From positions 131,181 to 195,180 of the forward strand of contig NIVC01002183.1 of assembly GCA_002269645.1 (NCBI GenBank): DNA of 64,000 nucleotides, given 5' to 3'. The DNA is from Macrostomum lignano. Lineage: Eukaryota. Of this stretch, positions 12,430 through 24,959 are shown piece by piece; the stretch's first letter is position 1; every line of letters starts with the position of its first letter. Below the pieces are notes generated by a model that ran no database searches, was not told where the DNA came from, and saw only the letters and a program-made list of their open reading frames with translations. A program made the translations under genes and the position numbers.

Positions 12430-13537
12430 GCTTGATGAAGTTTCAGTTTCTGCAAGGAAAAAAGCCACCGGATATGTTTAGGGAGCTTCAGTAAGTGCTT
12501 GGCAACTGTGCACCAACTGAGCAGACAGTTCGAAAATGGTACCAGCTATTCGCTGAGGGACGAGAGAGCGTTGAAGACAATGATCGCTCTGAAAGGCCGA
12601 TGACAGCAACCAACGAGACTGCTGTGAAGACAGTGCAGGAACTCCTGGATGATGATCGGCGACGGACTTGCGAAGAGTTGGCAGAAGACATTCGTGTGTC
12701 AGTAGGAAGCGTCCACACCATTCTGACTGAGCATCTTCACCTGCAAAAAAAGTTCAGCAGGTGGTTGCCACACCTGCAGACAGGTGAGCAAAATATGCAG
12801 CGAACTGTGGCTTCAAGCAGCCACCTGTGTCGGTTCCATCGTGAAGGAGAGGATTTTTTATCGAGAATTGTTGCTGGAGACGAGACGTGGGTTTACAGCT
12901 GGGATCCTGAGACAAGGTCCCAGTCTGCCGAATGCCTTCCAGCACATTCTCCAAGACCTCAGAAGGCCATCAGGAAGTAGGGTGCGATGAAGATCATGCA
13001 CGTCATGCTTTTTGATTCCCAAGGAATCGTGCTGAACTGGGCAGTCCAACAAGGAACCACCGTCAATGGGGACTACTACAAGTGGATTCTGCAGGAGAAG
13101 TTGCGCCCAGAAATACGAAAGAAGCGCCCTGGTCTGCTGGAATCTGGCGTGATGCGCCAGCACATCGCAAGCACAACGTCGTGGAACTCCTGAGCAAATG
13201 GGGCTGGAAAGTGCTCGAATATCCACCTTAGTCGCCTGATTTTTCGCTATGCGAATTTTTTTATTTCCATCTGTGAAGAGGCACCTTCGAAGCATTCGAT
13301 TCGACAGCGTCGAGCACATCGAAGCTGCTTGTAATCTAACTGTTCGTCAAACGGACGCGAGTGATGTGAGTTCCGGAATCAGAGGTCTGGTACATCGCTG
13401 GCAAAGTGCAAAGACATTGGCGGTGAATATATTGAGTGACAGAGTCATGTTAAACAATTTAACAGTGTTTTCATAGTTCCAGTTGTTTTGTGTTCAGTTT
13501 TGTAGGGCACCGAAAAGAACTTTTTGAATGCACCTTT
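12430..13537 (+). mobile_element. Degenerate mariner transposase with right TIR
   Basis: VRKWYQLF..G, RWLPH, IVAGDETWVYSWDP, KIMHVMLFDSQG, YPP*SPDFS motifs, with stops and a deletion. A TIR-like CGAAAAGAACTTTTTGAATGCACC lies at about 13511-13537. Confidence 0.9.
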
Positions 13538-13890
13538 TGGACCAATGTGCTGGGCAATGTTACTCCGAAGAAGTTACTCAGGACACTTTTCTATCTAAAT
13601 TGGTTGCATATTGTCCTTAGAGGAGGAGAGGAGCACAGCGCTATGACAACCGATTATCTGTCAATTGAGATTAGAGACGAGAAACGGTGCTTGGTATACC
13701 GTAAATGTGTTTCAAAGACTAACGCTGGAGGAGAGTTGGCCAGTCACAAAAAGAATTAAGCCAAAGAAGGCTGTCCACTTTGAGTCTACCGATTCTGTTA
13801 GGCGCCATGTGAGCCTATTTGAAAAAATACTTACTCAAGTGTCCAGACCTGTTTCTATTGGCAACCGTTGGTCAAGCCCGGTGTGAAGTG
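13538..13890 (+). pseudogene. Crypton family A YR internal fragment
   Basis: LLRTLFYLNWLHIVLRGGEEH...SKTNAGG, homologous to 7200-8075 and 28871-30262. A short related piece also occurs at about 12350-12400. Confidence 0.8.
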
Positions 13891-14179
13891 GTTTTCAAAT
13901 CATTGAATCATTGGACGAGTCCATCTAATGCTTCGCCACTCGCGACTGCGAGCATTATCTACGGCTAAGACATGCCACACACGCGCATTTTCTATGACCG
14001 AAACGAGTCCCGAGAATTTTGTTTTTTGGTGAAAAGATCACATAAAAGAGTTAGGGGAATTATGTCGGCCATAGACTAGGACTTTCCTAAGCTTAAAACT
14101 ATATCTGTAAGGGACTGTTTTCTAAGACAGGAGCAGAAAAATTCGGCTCTCGTCTCAATGTTGGAAATCTTTGAATGGA

Positions 14180-14575
14180 GTTAGCGACAACGAGCTAGCT
14201 TTAATACTGCACAAAGCTCTACGGATCACAACGACGAGGACGAACTAAAGAATTTTATTAACTTTCTCACGGATCTTCAGGCAAACACTGAAGATTATGT
14301 TTCGGGAGTCGAATTGCCAGAAGTACCCGAGTCCGTGGCTGCCGACATGGACAAAGTCGAGTTGGACTCGTTACCGCGATCTACAAAAAACAAATTATGC
14401 AACAGGGAGGTTGACTTCATTCGCAAGCATACAGCTGAAGAGGTAGAAAACGTGACAAAGGATAAGATTGGGGACTATCTTCGTTTTTACTAATTTGGAC
14501 TAAAGAAAGCTGATGGAAGTCTGTGTTCGCCTGCTACGCTTGTGTGCGCTCGAGCTGGTGTGCAGCGTTACCTTA
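14180..14575 (+). pseudogene. Crypton family C YR N-terminal fragment
   Basis: STDHNDEDELKNFINF...MDKVELDSLPRSTK...LKKADGSLCSPATLVCARAGVQRY, homologous to 15264 and 18927. Confidence 0.7.
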
Positions 14576-15263
14576 AATTACATTACATTACAACGACGCT
14601 AGGATCGGGGGGGGGGGCGCTAGCGCGCACACGATTGCGAAAAAGAGGGGCAGGGCAGGTCGCAGCAGTCTGGGGGGGAGGGGGTCAGTCCAATTGCCTC
14701 CAGGTCGGCAACAAGTGTCTCCCGGAGCGTCTGAGTCCGCCCTTGGCCGCGGCGGAACCGTTCGGTTACCTTAGCGTTACCTTAGAATGGTACTGAAGAT
14801 GAAGACAGGCATCCATTTATGCATTCTTTATTGTCTATTGTATTTTTTGTTACGTGTTTCAAATAAAATGTTGGCTGATTTTTCAGCACGTTTTGTTTAT
14901 GGTTCTAGTGTTCTTTGGAAGCCTGAACTAATAGCGTTATTAGGACAATCATTAGGACTCATACGAGCAGAATAAAGGTAGATTGTATAGTATTCAATTA
15001 AGTTACATACTATACAAGTGAATTGTATTTATACTTTTAAGCAGCGCCATGTCATTATTCCACACTTTTTTGCTCTGGTGCTATTGGTTGTTTTTGCGAT
15101 TTACGAAACACACGAGAGCTTATACGAGGTCTACCATATACTTAGATATGCCATAGACAAAACAATTTCCTCAAAGTCTGTCTTTGATTATGTTATGCGA
15201 TTCTTAAAAATTAAAACACCCTATTGGAAAAATCTTTCCGTGGACTCGCTAAACGGAGTCAAG

Positions 15264-16013
15264 ATGGACGAGTTGCAACTGCTGTCTGAGCTTAGTTCAA
15301 CGGACCATCACGATGACCAGGCCTTGCGGGATTTCATTGATTGGATTGAGAACGACCATGGAACTGAAGAACTGCCGGACCTGCCGGAAGTGGATGGCCT
15401 CAATGAACAGTTGATCTCGACAATTCCCACGAGCTCTACCGAACGACAAGGCTGGTAACCTGCGCATCGCTACTCAACAAGTACGAGGCATAAATTGATT
15501 TAACTCTCTGATGAAACGCCTGAGCCAGCGGTGCAGCTTGTCTCGAGAGTACACCAACCATTGCATACGAGTGACGAGAATCGCTGACCTGAAAGAGAAA
15601 AGTCATAGCCTGAGTGACATCATGTGTATTACCGGGCAAAAAAGTGAACGAACTATGCGGCGCTACCGATCGAGCCGTCTTCACCCCTTCGACGGCTATA
15701 CGCAGTGCCTTGGAGCGCCCAATAGACTCAGCCGAGCAACCGACAGTCAAAAAGACTCCCAGTCTGAAGACCAGTGCCAAAACGAAATCCCCAAATGAAC
15801 TTGTCACCACAAGCCAAGAAGTGCATCTATCTAGCGGTAAGTCAGGCAACCATGCAGTCACAGAGAGCTCTTATTAGTAGGAAACTTGAGAAGCCTAATT
15901 CAGGAAAAATTATTCTTGCATTTGCAGTGCTAAATAGCCAGGGTCAGGTGTCCAGCATATTCGGGAACTGCCTCTTTGAGAACTGCACCTTCAATTTCGG
16001 GGCGAGTAAGTAA
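15264..16013 (+). pseudogene. Crypton family C YR, internally deleted (N-terminus joined to catalytic C-terminus)
   Basis: MDELQLLSELSSTDHHDDQ..., then REYTNHCIRVTRI...IMCITGQKSERTMRRY (KCTD1-type HxxR...Y region) and the tail GNCLFENCTFNFG. Confidence 0.8.
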
Positions 16014-16269
16014 ACATTCGCTGTAAAATGTTGACTACAAACTGACGAAGTGTGTTGCAAAAGTTAAGCTTAATTTAATATATTTTTTATGCTTTTTGGC
16101 GTTTTCAACATTGCATTTGTTCGATATCAATTAATAAATATATGTGTTCATTTTTTCAAGGAAGCCTCTACTGTCAAATTATTCACAGGTTTATCTGTTA
16201 AAATACACTTAATAACAGCTACGTTATTTCAAATCCTTATGTCTATGGCTTAGAACCTGAAAAGTGTGG

Positions 16270-17420
16270 AATAATGGCCAAAATATTTTGTTATTGCGTC
16301 TGGGTTCTTGCGGCTGGACCAGGGACGGTCATGAAAATAGGCAGACAAGCACTGTGGAAACATGGCAGACCTACCGACAAAAAGTTCCACCCAGCGTCGG
16401 GCGTTGCCTCAAGATTTCAGTGTCCAAGGTGTGGTGGAAAACACAAGGAAAAGTCCTGTGTCAGCCATGGGAAAGGCCTGTCGGAAATGTGGTAAGATGA
16501 ACCACATTGAGAATATGGGCAAGTCAAGAGCAGGTAGTCAGGATCATGAGGCGCAGGCGGGAAACGCACAGCCGGCGGATGTTCTGTCCGTGGTGCACGC
16601 TGCAGCAGTCAATGACGACCCTATCTGTCAATATCCCTAGTGTGCTCCGCCAAAGTCCGGGATCAGGAAGTTCAGTGTCAGCTTGAGTCGGGCGCTACAG
16701 TTTCGGTCATGTCCAGCAGCTTGTGGAAAAGCATCGGCAGACCTCGCTTACGACTGAGCAATGCAGTCCTGATCGGCTACATGGACAAACACAAGTTTGA
16801 CCTGCTAGGCCAACTGACTGTACCGGCAGTCTAGAACAAATGACAGATCCAAGTCACATTCCAAGTTGTAGCTTCGAGCAGACGCTTTGCCTTACTTGGC
16901 AGAGATGTTTTACATTTCGACCTGAGTGCAATCATAATTGGACACTCCGACACGCAGAACGCGGGACAGGAACCCTCAGACAGTGCACCAAAGAGGCACA
17001 CTTAGAGCTCAAGGGCGAGGGCAAGCCGAAGTACATCAAGACATGCCCGATTCCGTTCGCGCTGAAGGACAAGCTCAAAGCAGAAATCGATGAGCTCCTA
17101 AAAGACGAGATCATCGAACCGGTAAAGTTCTCAGAGCGGGCGTCGCCAGAAGCCAAATGGAGGTCTCCGGTTGTGCGTGAATTATAAGCAAACTGTAAAT
17201 CCACAGCTGGTCAACGAAAGCAATCCATCGCCGACTCCGGAGAAGGCATTTGCGGCAGTCTCAGGTTGTAAGGTCTATACGATTTTGGACTTAAAGAAAA
17301 CCTACAACCAAATAGAGCTCGACAACACGTCTAAGGACCTGACTGTCATGGCCACTCCGCTTGATATTTTCGGCATCAAAACGGCGCCAATAATTTTTCA
17401 AAGGTTCATCACTGAAGTTG
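16270..17420 (+). mobile_element. Degenerate Gypsy gag-pol fragment (zinc knuckle, protease, RT N-half)
   Basis: CPRCGGKH...CRKCGKMNH knuckle; QLESGATVSV protease motif; CVNYKQTVN and ILDLKKTYNQI RT motifs. No LTRs seen. Confidence 0.85.
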
Positions 17421-17449
17421 AAGAAGAATTGTGCTTTTCTTCTCAGCAG

Positions 17450-17830
17450 GTTTGCGGAATTAACCGGCTGAAAAATATGATGCAACGTCTTAGTAAGAAG
17501 TTAAATTTGTCAAGTGACTATACGAATCAAACAGGTCACGACCTCAGCAGGATCATGTGTGTGTGTTACTGGCCAAAAGACGGAACGGACTGTTCGATGG
17601 TACCTCTCAAGAAAAAGTGATTGCGCTGTTTGTCAAACATCAGCAGCTATAAGCGCTACCTTAAAGCAACCAATCGGGAAAGAAGGTCAGCCATCGTGTG
17701 CAAAACAGAAGCCTTGAACACTCTGAGTCAAGACGTGCATCTTTCAGCAGGTAAGAAGAGTGGAAGAGCTCTGGGTGTCCTGGGACTGGGAAATTCTGTC
17801 TCAGCCACGCTATTCGCCTGACTTGGCTCC
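17450..17830 (+). pseudogene. Crypton family C YR C-terminal fragment
   Basis: LKNMMQRLSKKLNLSSDYTN...TGQKTERTVRWY, paralleling 15511-15700. Confidence 0.7.
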
Positions 17831-17929
17831 GGCGGACTTCTACGTTTTCCAAGGATAAAGGAGAGTCTTCGTGGTCAACGTTTTGCCGTTTCAACGTTTC
17901 AACGGTGGAATTAATAACAGTGCTTCATC

Positions 17930-18129
17930 AGCTATCCGGCATCTGGCCATTGGCGGTTGCAGCCCTGCCTTCGAGGCGTGGCTGCGCCGCTGGCAGAAAT
18001 GCGTTGACCTTGGCGGCAAATTAGTAGAGTAAATATGAGTTCATTTTGCGGTTGCAAAGTTTTTTTGATTGTGGATTCACTAGTGTGTCTTTTATGGTGT
18101 AGCGAAACTTACTTTTGGAATAGCCCTCG
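17930..18129 (+). mobile_element. mariner 3' end with right TIR and TA
   Basis: FEAWLRRWQKCVDLGGKLVE* C-terminus. The TIR ...ACTTTTGGAATAGCCCTCG is followed by TA at 18130-18131. Confidence 0.75.
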
Positions 18130-18926
18130 TAAACCGCAACTTTAGGACTTTCAGGATGTACCTCCAGTGTTTTTCTGATAAATTTTTCATTTTTCTGTTA
18201 GAAATATCCAAGCTCAAGTTTTACGAATGTTTGAAAATTGCCATTTCAAAAGCTGCACGTTTACCTTAAACAGTTAACAATTTGGATCTGTGCTGGCGTC
18301 AGTAACGGGCTGAGGGCTTATTTGTTGTCTTTTCCGATATGACTACTGCTCGTAGTAGTGCTACTGTTAAACATGAAGGATTCATTTCTCCATGCTGTTA
18401 AACTGTTACATAAATACACTTGTTATGAACTTGCTCCTATTTGATTCGTTGTCTATGACAATCGCAAAAGTGTTAAACAATAACGTTTTGATATTGGTAT
18501 TGCGTCGAAGTGAAAGTTTGCGACAATGGTAGATTGTCAATGGTAGAACCGTGTGGACACTCGCATTGTTGTATGGCCTGTCGTATGCCTGATTGTTAAG
18601 CAACGCCATGAGCAACACTTATGCCATGGCGAGACATAGACAAAAAATTTATCAAACTTAGCATTATCTACCTTTGAGTCCGTATATATAATATTATTGT
18701 CTCATGATTTCGCAGTAAAAGTATGTTGAATAATCTGTCATTATTAAATGTTTGATAATGCATGTTTAAACTTGGATTATGATATGAGCCATAGACGTTG
18801 AAGTTGGACTCAGATAATGCCATAGACAATTAAAGTTTTACCCAGAAAACAAAGTGGGTAGTGTTAGACTAAAACTAAGTTAATAGGATTGAGCAGAGAA
18901 TTCGACGACTGCAATACTTATAAGCA

Positions 18927-20280
18927 ATGTCTGCTTCACACCTTATCAGCTGGTACCATCTGCCAGCTGATAGTCTCCACGGCGTTACATCCAGCGAATA
19001 TTCTTTCCTTGCGGAGCTTAGCAGTGCTGATCACCGAGAAGATGCCCAACTGGAGGATTTCATCCACTTCATTACCGATCATTCGCGATCTAAAGAGCAG
19101 CTGCTTGGTGTCGTTCCACCGGACTTCGAAGAAGGAAAAGATTTAATTGCTACGGACAGCATGGATAAGGCCGAGTTGGATTCGCCACCGTGCACAACCA
19201 AAGACTAAATTTTCTCCTACGGTGACGTGTTTGTCATGCCACTCGCGACGACTGATCATTATCCATCTCCGAAACCTTTTTGGCTAAGTAAAAAAATGTC
19301 TCCAGTGTCTTCTCAGGCTGCCACTTCTCAAATTGCACGTTCAACTTAAGCAATTAGGCCTACAGTCGCTAGTAATAGATCGTCTGCTTTGTTAGGAAGA
19401 TGCTTAGGAATTAAGAATACTGAGCTTAAAATACATCAAAACTTACTGTTCTATTCTGTATTGTACTGTACTGCTTTCAAACGTACCTTTTGCAAATTTC
19501 TCAAAGAATGCCATTTTTGTGTTTTCGTGCATAATTAACAAATATGCTTAAACGTGTATTATATTGTATCACTAGTTTTACTAAATATAAACCCTGTTAT
19601 TTGACCATAGTCTATGGTCCAAAGTTGAAAAAAATCGTTTACAAGGCCTGCTGACATGCCGCCGTGCGGTGAATGCGTCTGACGGTCGGCAAATGAACTG
19701 CTGGAGTATCTTCATAACGAACAATTGCAAACTGTAATGGAGGATGGTACTGGGACAATTGTGCCGTACTACTTATTGTGATTAATTCTCACCGTTAATA
19801 TATTATTGCCTTTACTCTTTCTTGTTCGCATTTGTTGTCTCTGTTGAAAAATAACACAGCATTATCCTAAAAGCTAATTTTTGACTATGTGCATTCAATT
19901 CCGACAACCACGCTTTCTAAAACGACACTGCTTTTAATTAAAAAACGTTTGTAGAAGCTACTTGTCCTGTCAAGCAACTATGGCTGGTGTATTTCGTCAA
20001 ACAGCGCTTATTAAGTGCTTATTAAGTGATCAATAGATTCAGTCAAGCAGCCGACAGTCCCAAAGATTCCGAGCTTGGATACCGGTACCAAAGAAAGCTC
20101 ATCAGGCTTTTATCTTTTAAATTATAAGTTTTGAAATTATAATTGAGCACCTATATTTCCCTTTTATAAAAACATTCAACATGGATCAACTCCTTTTTAC
20201 AGTGCTAAATCATTGGGCTAAAGTGTCCAGCATCTCTGGGAACTGCCGCTTTGAGAACTGTACGTTCACTTTGGGTGAGA
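18927..20280 (+). pseudogene. Crypton family C fragments (N-terminus 18927-19208; tails near 19330 and 20210-20280)
   Basis: FLAELSSADHREDAQLEDFIHF...MDKAELDS. The tail GNCRFENCTFTLG is nearly identical in DNA to 15945-16010. Confidence 0.65.
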
Positions 20281-20754
20281 TATTGATTATCGTATCTTTA
20301 AATCTTGACTACAAACTTATGAACTGCACTGTGACATTTATCATGAACTCTTATGTGTAGCTGGTACTTTAGTTTGATTGATTTTTTTCCTTTTGTTTAT
20401 TTTCTTCTTGTTGTTCTGTATTTATTGACAAAAGTACTCTGCGATGAATGTTTTGCATCCAAATGTCTATGGTGTACTAAAAAACTGTGGAATAATGACC
20501 GAAAATTGTTTCAATTGTTTGCTTGTGTAAGTATATGTACAATGGGGATTATTTTAGCCAAGATTATTCCGTGGCCATTATTACAGGAGAGAAAAAGGGG
20601 TGGATTAAAGCATTGACAAAAAAGCGAAGAGGCAAGAGCTCTGTTTGGGAGAGAGAAGAAATTTAGAAGGTTTGCCGATGGGCCATAATTTTAACAGAGT
20701 ATATGGGTTGGGTTGAACCATAGACAAAAAGCGAAGAAGAAATGAGCTAAGATC

Positions 20755-21620
20755 ATGGCAACCAAGCGTCAACCCAACTTCGTGCTTGGAGAAAAGGAAG
20801 AGTTGTTGAATTACGTCAACAAGTACCTAGATACTATCAATTCCAAGGATCAGATAGTCGAGACGCAAAGGAAAAAGAAAGCTTCCTTTCTTCTTGCATC
20901 TCGACTATCTGCAAATAGTCGAGAGTCGAGATGCAAAGGATGCATCCGATAGTAGAGATGCAAAGGATGCATCCGATAGTCGAGATGCAAAGGAAGAAGA
21001 AAGCAGTTTGGGAGACTATCGCAGCTCGCATCAACGCCATTGGTACCAATAAGCGGACGGGTGAAGAATGCCGCAAGAAGTGATTGTGATTGTGTGAGAG
21101 TCCGAAGTCACAGCGAAGATGCAGTCGCAACGGCAGGACAAGCAGGCCACAGGAGGCAGCTGATCCAACTGCAGCTGTTCTTACTTCTTTTGAGCAGAAT
21201 ACCGCTGTAATGATAGCATTGTAAAGTATCATCAGAGTTTCCGGCGGACAAGATCCAATGCAGACAGACTGATTCCTCGGATCGGTGCTCGAGCCCATTT
21301 AATGAATTGTCTGGCCCATTGGCACTGATGATGCCAAATGGCTCAGCTCTGAGCGAACCCCGCACGAGACTAGCCAGGCCTGTGGATCGTGGACGTCTCC
21401 GAAGATCGGGACAAAATTGAGTGCGCCGTGATGAACGACACGGAAGGCATCTGTAAATGTGAAGAACAGAGACAGCAGGTGGAAAGGGAACGCCTGGAGG
21501 TAGCGAAAGACCGGCTGGCTATCGAGCGTGAGCGACTGGCTATTGGGAAGGCTCGACTGGAAGTTGAGACAAAGAACATGAAAACACTGGATGTCGTTGT
21601 CAAAAAACATTCAATGTCAA
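20755..21620 (+). pseudogene. Myb/SANT-like (Harbinger-type) DNA-binding protein relic
   Basis: KRQPNFVLGEKEELL...VWETIAARINAIGTNKRTGEECRKK, with internal short duplications and stops, and a coiled-coil ERERLEVAKDRLAIERERL tail. Confidence 0.7.
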
Positions 21621-21708
21621 TTTTTAAGGTTAATTGTTTAATTGTTGAGCTTTTCTTATTTAATGCTTATCACATATTCGTAAATAAACAAACAAATAGA
21701 TGGAGACC

Positions 21709-21878
21709 TTAATCAGCTAGCAGCGAGCCTCTTTTGGCCATAGACAATATTCTTAAGCTGTTCTCGTTACTGTCTCTAAAATCGAATAAAGCCAAAGTTA
21801 GAGCCCGTCAAGGGTTTACAACCGCACTATCTCACTTCCACAAAATAAATTCCACTGCGTTTTGATTTACTCGCTACA
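21709..21878 (+). repeat. 5' LTR (first ~17 bp missing)
   Basis: Matches 24695-24864 and ends CTCGCTACA. Confidence 0.9.
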
Positions 21879-21881
21879 AAG

Positions 21882-21894
21882 TGGTAGCAGAGCG
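21882..21894 (+). promoter_or_regulatory. Primer-binding site TGGTAGCAGAGCG (initiator Met tRNA type)
   Basis: Lies 3 nt after the 5' LTR. TGGTAGCAGAG is complementary to the animal tRNAiMet 3' end (CTCTGCTACCA). Confidence 0.85.
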
Positions 21895-21900
21895 TTTGGT

Positions 21901-22473
21901 ATGGAGGACGAACAGCAGCAGCCGTTAGCGCCCGAAGCTGGAGCCCTGGCGAAACCAGTACAAGAGGCCTTCGTGCAATGCATCGCTATCAAACCTCCCG
22001 CCTTCTACCGGAAGTCGCCTGAGATCTGGTTCCGGCAACTGGAATCGCAGTTTACTCTGGCTGGAATCACCCGCGCTGCGACCAAGTTCCATCATACGTT
22101 AGCGGCCCTGCCTGAGGACGTTGCCTGCTCGATCGACCTAGGCACAGAGGACTACGCCTCGCTTAAAACATCGGTGCTAGAAGCTTTGCGCACCAACCGA
22201 CACCAACGAATCGAGGAGGCCCTCGCCGCGGTGGAGCTCGGGGATCGCCGCCCATCTCAGTTGGTAACCGACATCAAGCGGCGATTCAGCGAAGTAGGCT
22301 TACAAGTCGATGACAGCATTATCAAGTCTCGACTCCTAACTGCACTGCCCACCTGGCCCACATCCGTTCCGCCTTGGTCGGTCACGAAAAGGCGGAGCTG
22401 GACGCGTTTGCGAAGATCGCCGACAGCATGCTGGCTTGTGTCGCCGGTTGTGCCACCCCGTACGCCTCTGTAA
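21901..22473 (+). CDS. Gypsy gag (frameshifted near 22360)
   Basis: IKPPAFYRKSPEIWFRQLESQF...KFHHTLAALP...LGDRRPSQL, typical of CsRn1-like gag. Confidence 0.85.
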   Translation: MEDEQQQPLAPEAGALAKPVQEAFVQCIAIKPPAFYRKSPEIWFRQLESQFTLAGITRAATKFHHTLAALPEDVACSIDLGTEDYASLKTSVLEALRTNRHQRIEEALAAVELGDRRPSQLVTDIKRRFSEVGLQVDDSIIKSRLLTALPTWPTSVPPWSVTKRRSWTRLRRSPTACWLVSPVVPPRTPL

Positions 22474-22999
22474 ACCGCACCTCGGCCACCGGCCAAGAGC
22501 ACCCGAGAGGCAACGCTGGTTCTTTTCGTAGCAGGAAGCCCGACGACTCGCGCTCCAACCGGAACTCACGCCGACGACCCAAGATCTGCAACGGTCATCT
22601 CTACTACGCCACCGATGCTCGCACCTGCCGACCATGGTGCCAGTGGCCAGGCTCGAAACCGCCGAAATTTTTAGAGAGCCATCAGCCCACTAGCCCACTC
22701 CGGCTCAGTCCCGGGCGTCTAGCCCAACGCCAAGCCAGGTGTCAAACTAGTTGGTCACGTGCCTCGGCCGAGCCGCGACCCGTCAAAGGCCACCACGCTG
22801 CTGCTTCGGCCAATGTTGTGTCACACTTGCTATCCCCGGCCTTCGTAGACCATACCCTGTGACGTTCATTGTTACTAGTACTGCGCGTTCGACATCTTTG
22901 CGTTCGACTCTCTGTTCTTCTAGTGATTCAGTCCCTCAAATCAACACCACCACGCTGCTTGAGCCCACCACACCGCTTGCTTGGTTCCCTTGAGTTCTG

Positions 23000-24150
23000 G
23001 AAGCTCCGGACTACACTGCAGCATCCGCCACGTCGGTTCGACATCGTATTGAGACCACTGGCGAGCCCATTTTTTGTCGACCGCGACCGCTTGCCCCTGC
23101 CAAGTTCGCGGTTGCAAAAGTGGAATTCGACAAGCTCCTGCGACTTGGCATCGTCCGCCCCTCCGCAAGTCCGTGGGGCTCCCCGTTTCACACAGTAAAG
23201 ACAAAGGACGGCTCCTGGAGACCTTTCGGAGACTATCGAGCCTTAAACGCGGAAACCGAGCCAGACCGCTACCCTATCCCTAACATCAACCATTTACATC
23301 ATCAGCTGCACGGTGCAAAAGTTTTCAGCACCCTTGACGTCGTCAAGGCCTATCACTTCGTTCCAATGGCAAACGAGGACATCGAGAAGACGGAGATTCA
23401 CGACGGTACACATTGACCTGGTCGGACCGTTACCGCCTCCTGAGTCTGAAGATCCCGGGCCGAAGCCTCGCTACCTACTCACCATTATCGATGCCTACTC
23501 ACGCTGGTTCGAAGCAGCACCGCTTTCGAACATTGCCGCCACATCAGTCGCACAAGCCATCCTGGACACCTGGATTTCTCGGTTCGGCCCACCTTTGACG
23601 CTGATCAGTGACCAGGGATCCCAATTCTGAGCGGAGCTCATGAAGAACTTGAAGGATCTACTCGGCATCCACCACATCCGCACTTCAGCCTATAATCCGA
23701 GAGCTAACGGTATCATCGAAAGTGCACACCGGACGCTAAAGGTCGGTTTGAAGGCGCGCGGCAAGAACTGGCTGCAGTAGCTGCCCGTCGTGCTCCTGGG
23801 CATGCGCATTTTCCCAGATGAGTCAGGTGCCTCTCCGTTCTCCGTTGTTATGGGTGAGCAACCGTTGGTCCCACCAGTCGTCACCGACACTTCTGGGCTC
23901 AAGGAGCTCTCGACTAGTCTACGAGCTACATCAGCTTTTCTTCCCATACCGGCAGCCGAGAACGCGAGAGATCTCGGGAGAGAGCCAAAGCGAGAGAGCC
24001 AGCCGCGCTGAGTTCGTGCACACACGCCTGGTTGCGGTTGGACCGTGTGCGACGGCCCCTGGAGGCTCCTTACCAAGGCCCGTACGCGGTACTGGACAGG
24101 CAAGACACCAAAATGACACTCAAGATCAACGGCAAGCCTACCGTTAGTGT
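23000..24150 (+). pseudogene. Gypsy pol remnant (RT N-half fused to integrase)
   Basis: SPWGSPFHTVKTKDGSWRPFGDYRALN; FSTLDVVKAYH; VHIDLVGPLP; LISDQGSQF; AYNPRANGIIE; LEAPYQGPYAVL. Confidence 0.9.
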
Positions 24151-24677
24151 CGATCGATCGTGTCAAGCCCGCCACCCTACCAACAGCCCAACAAGAGCAG
24201 CCAGCAGCTACACCGGCCAAGCCAAGCGACGCGCCCGCCTCTAACACAAGGTCGCGCAGCGAAAATCGCGTGCTATTCAAGAGCGAGACCTCCGTGCAAA
24301 TCTTATAGAAGGACAGTCCACCTAGCAATACCCGACAGTGTTCATAAACTGATCAACCTATTGCTGTGGCTATAAGCCAAGCCGAACTATAAACAAAATG
24401 ATTTGCTTCCCAGCGCACCGTACGCTTTAGTGATTTACGCGTAACAAGAGCAAGCTAGGCTTGCAGAAATAAATAATAAGACAAGAGTCGAAGATCGGCT
24501 GGTTAATTTAACATTTTAAGTTCCAGATTTGCTCATTTGATTTTTCATTAAAAAAACAGAAGACACAACACATATGACCTCTGCATTGCTTACCTACTCG
24601 TTCCCCTGCGCTGTTCGAAATTTTGTCTCGGATTATCTAATGCATAGTGATGTACTTCCTCTAGGAGGGGAGTATCT

Positions 24678-24864
24678 TGTAGCAGTGAGAAGCATTAATC
24701 AGCTAGCAGCAAGCCTCTTTTGGCCATAGACAATATTCTTAAGCTGTTCTCGTTACTGTCTCTAAAATCGAATAAAGCCGAAGTTAGAGCCCGTCAAGGA
24801 TTTACAACCGTTCTATCTCACTTCCACAAAATAAATTCCACTGCGTTTTGATTCACTCGCTACA
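24678..24864 (+). repeat. 3' LTR (187 bp, TG...CA)
   Basis: TGTAGCAGTGAG...CTCGCTACA, follows the PPT and contains AATAAA. Confidence 0.9.
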
Positions 24865-24959
24865 ACCTCTACTCGTATACAGAATTTTTTAAATCGGAAT
24901 GAGAAAGCAGTAAAACGTTTTTTTAAAACGAATTTAGTTCAATTGAACCAAAGTAACAG

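Larger units (their letters stand above)
21709..24864 (+). mobile_element. Gypsy LTR retrotransposon (CsRn1/Kabuki-like), internally deleted
   Basis: Two LTRs with 6 mismatches in about 170 bp, a PBS, a PPT (AGGAGGGGAG, 24663-24672), gag, and a partial RT joined directly to the integrase core (YxDD, RNase H and IN zinc finger missing). Confidence 0.92.

Noticed and set aside
14590-14790. GC-rich insert ending TTACCTTAGCGTTACCTTAG (possible SINE/LINE tail)
   Set aside because: No A/B boxes or coding similarity visible; cannot classify.
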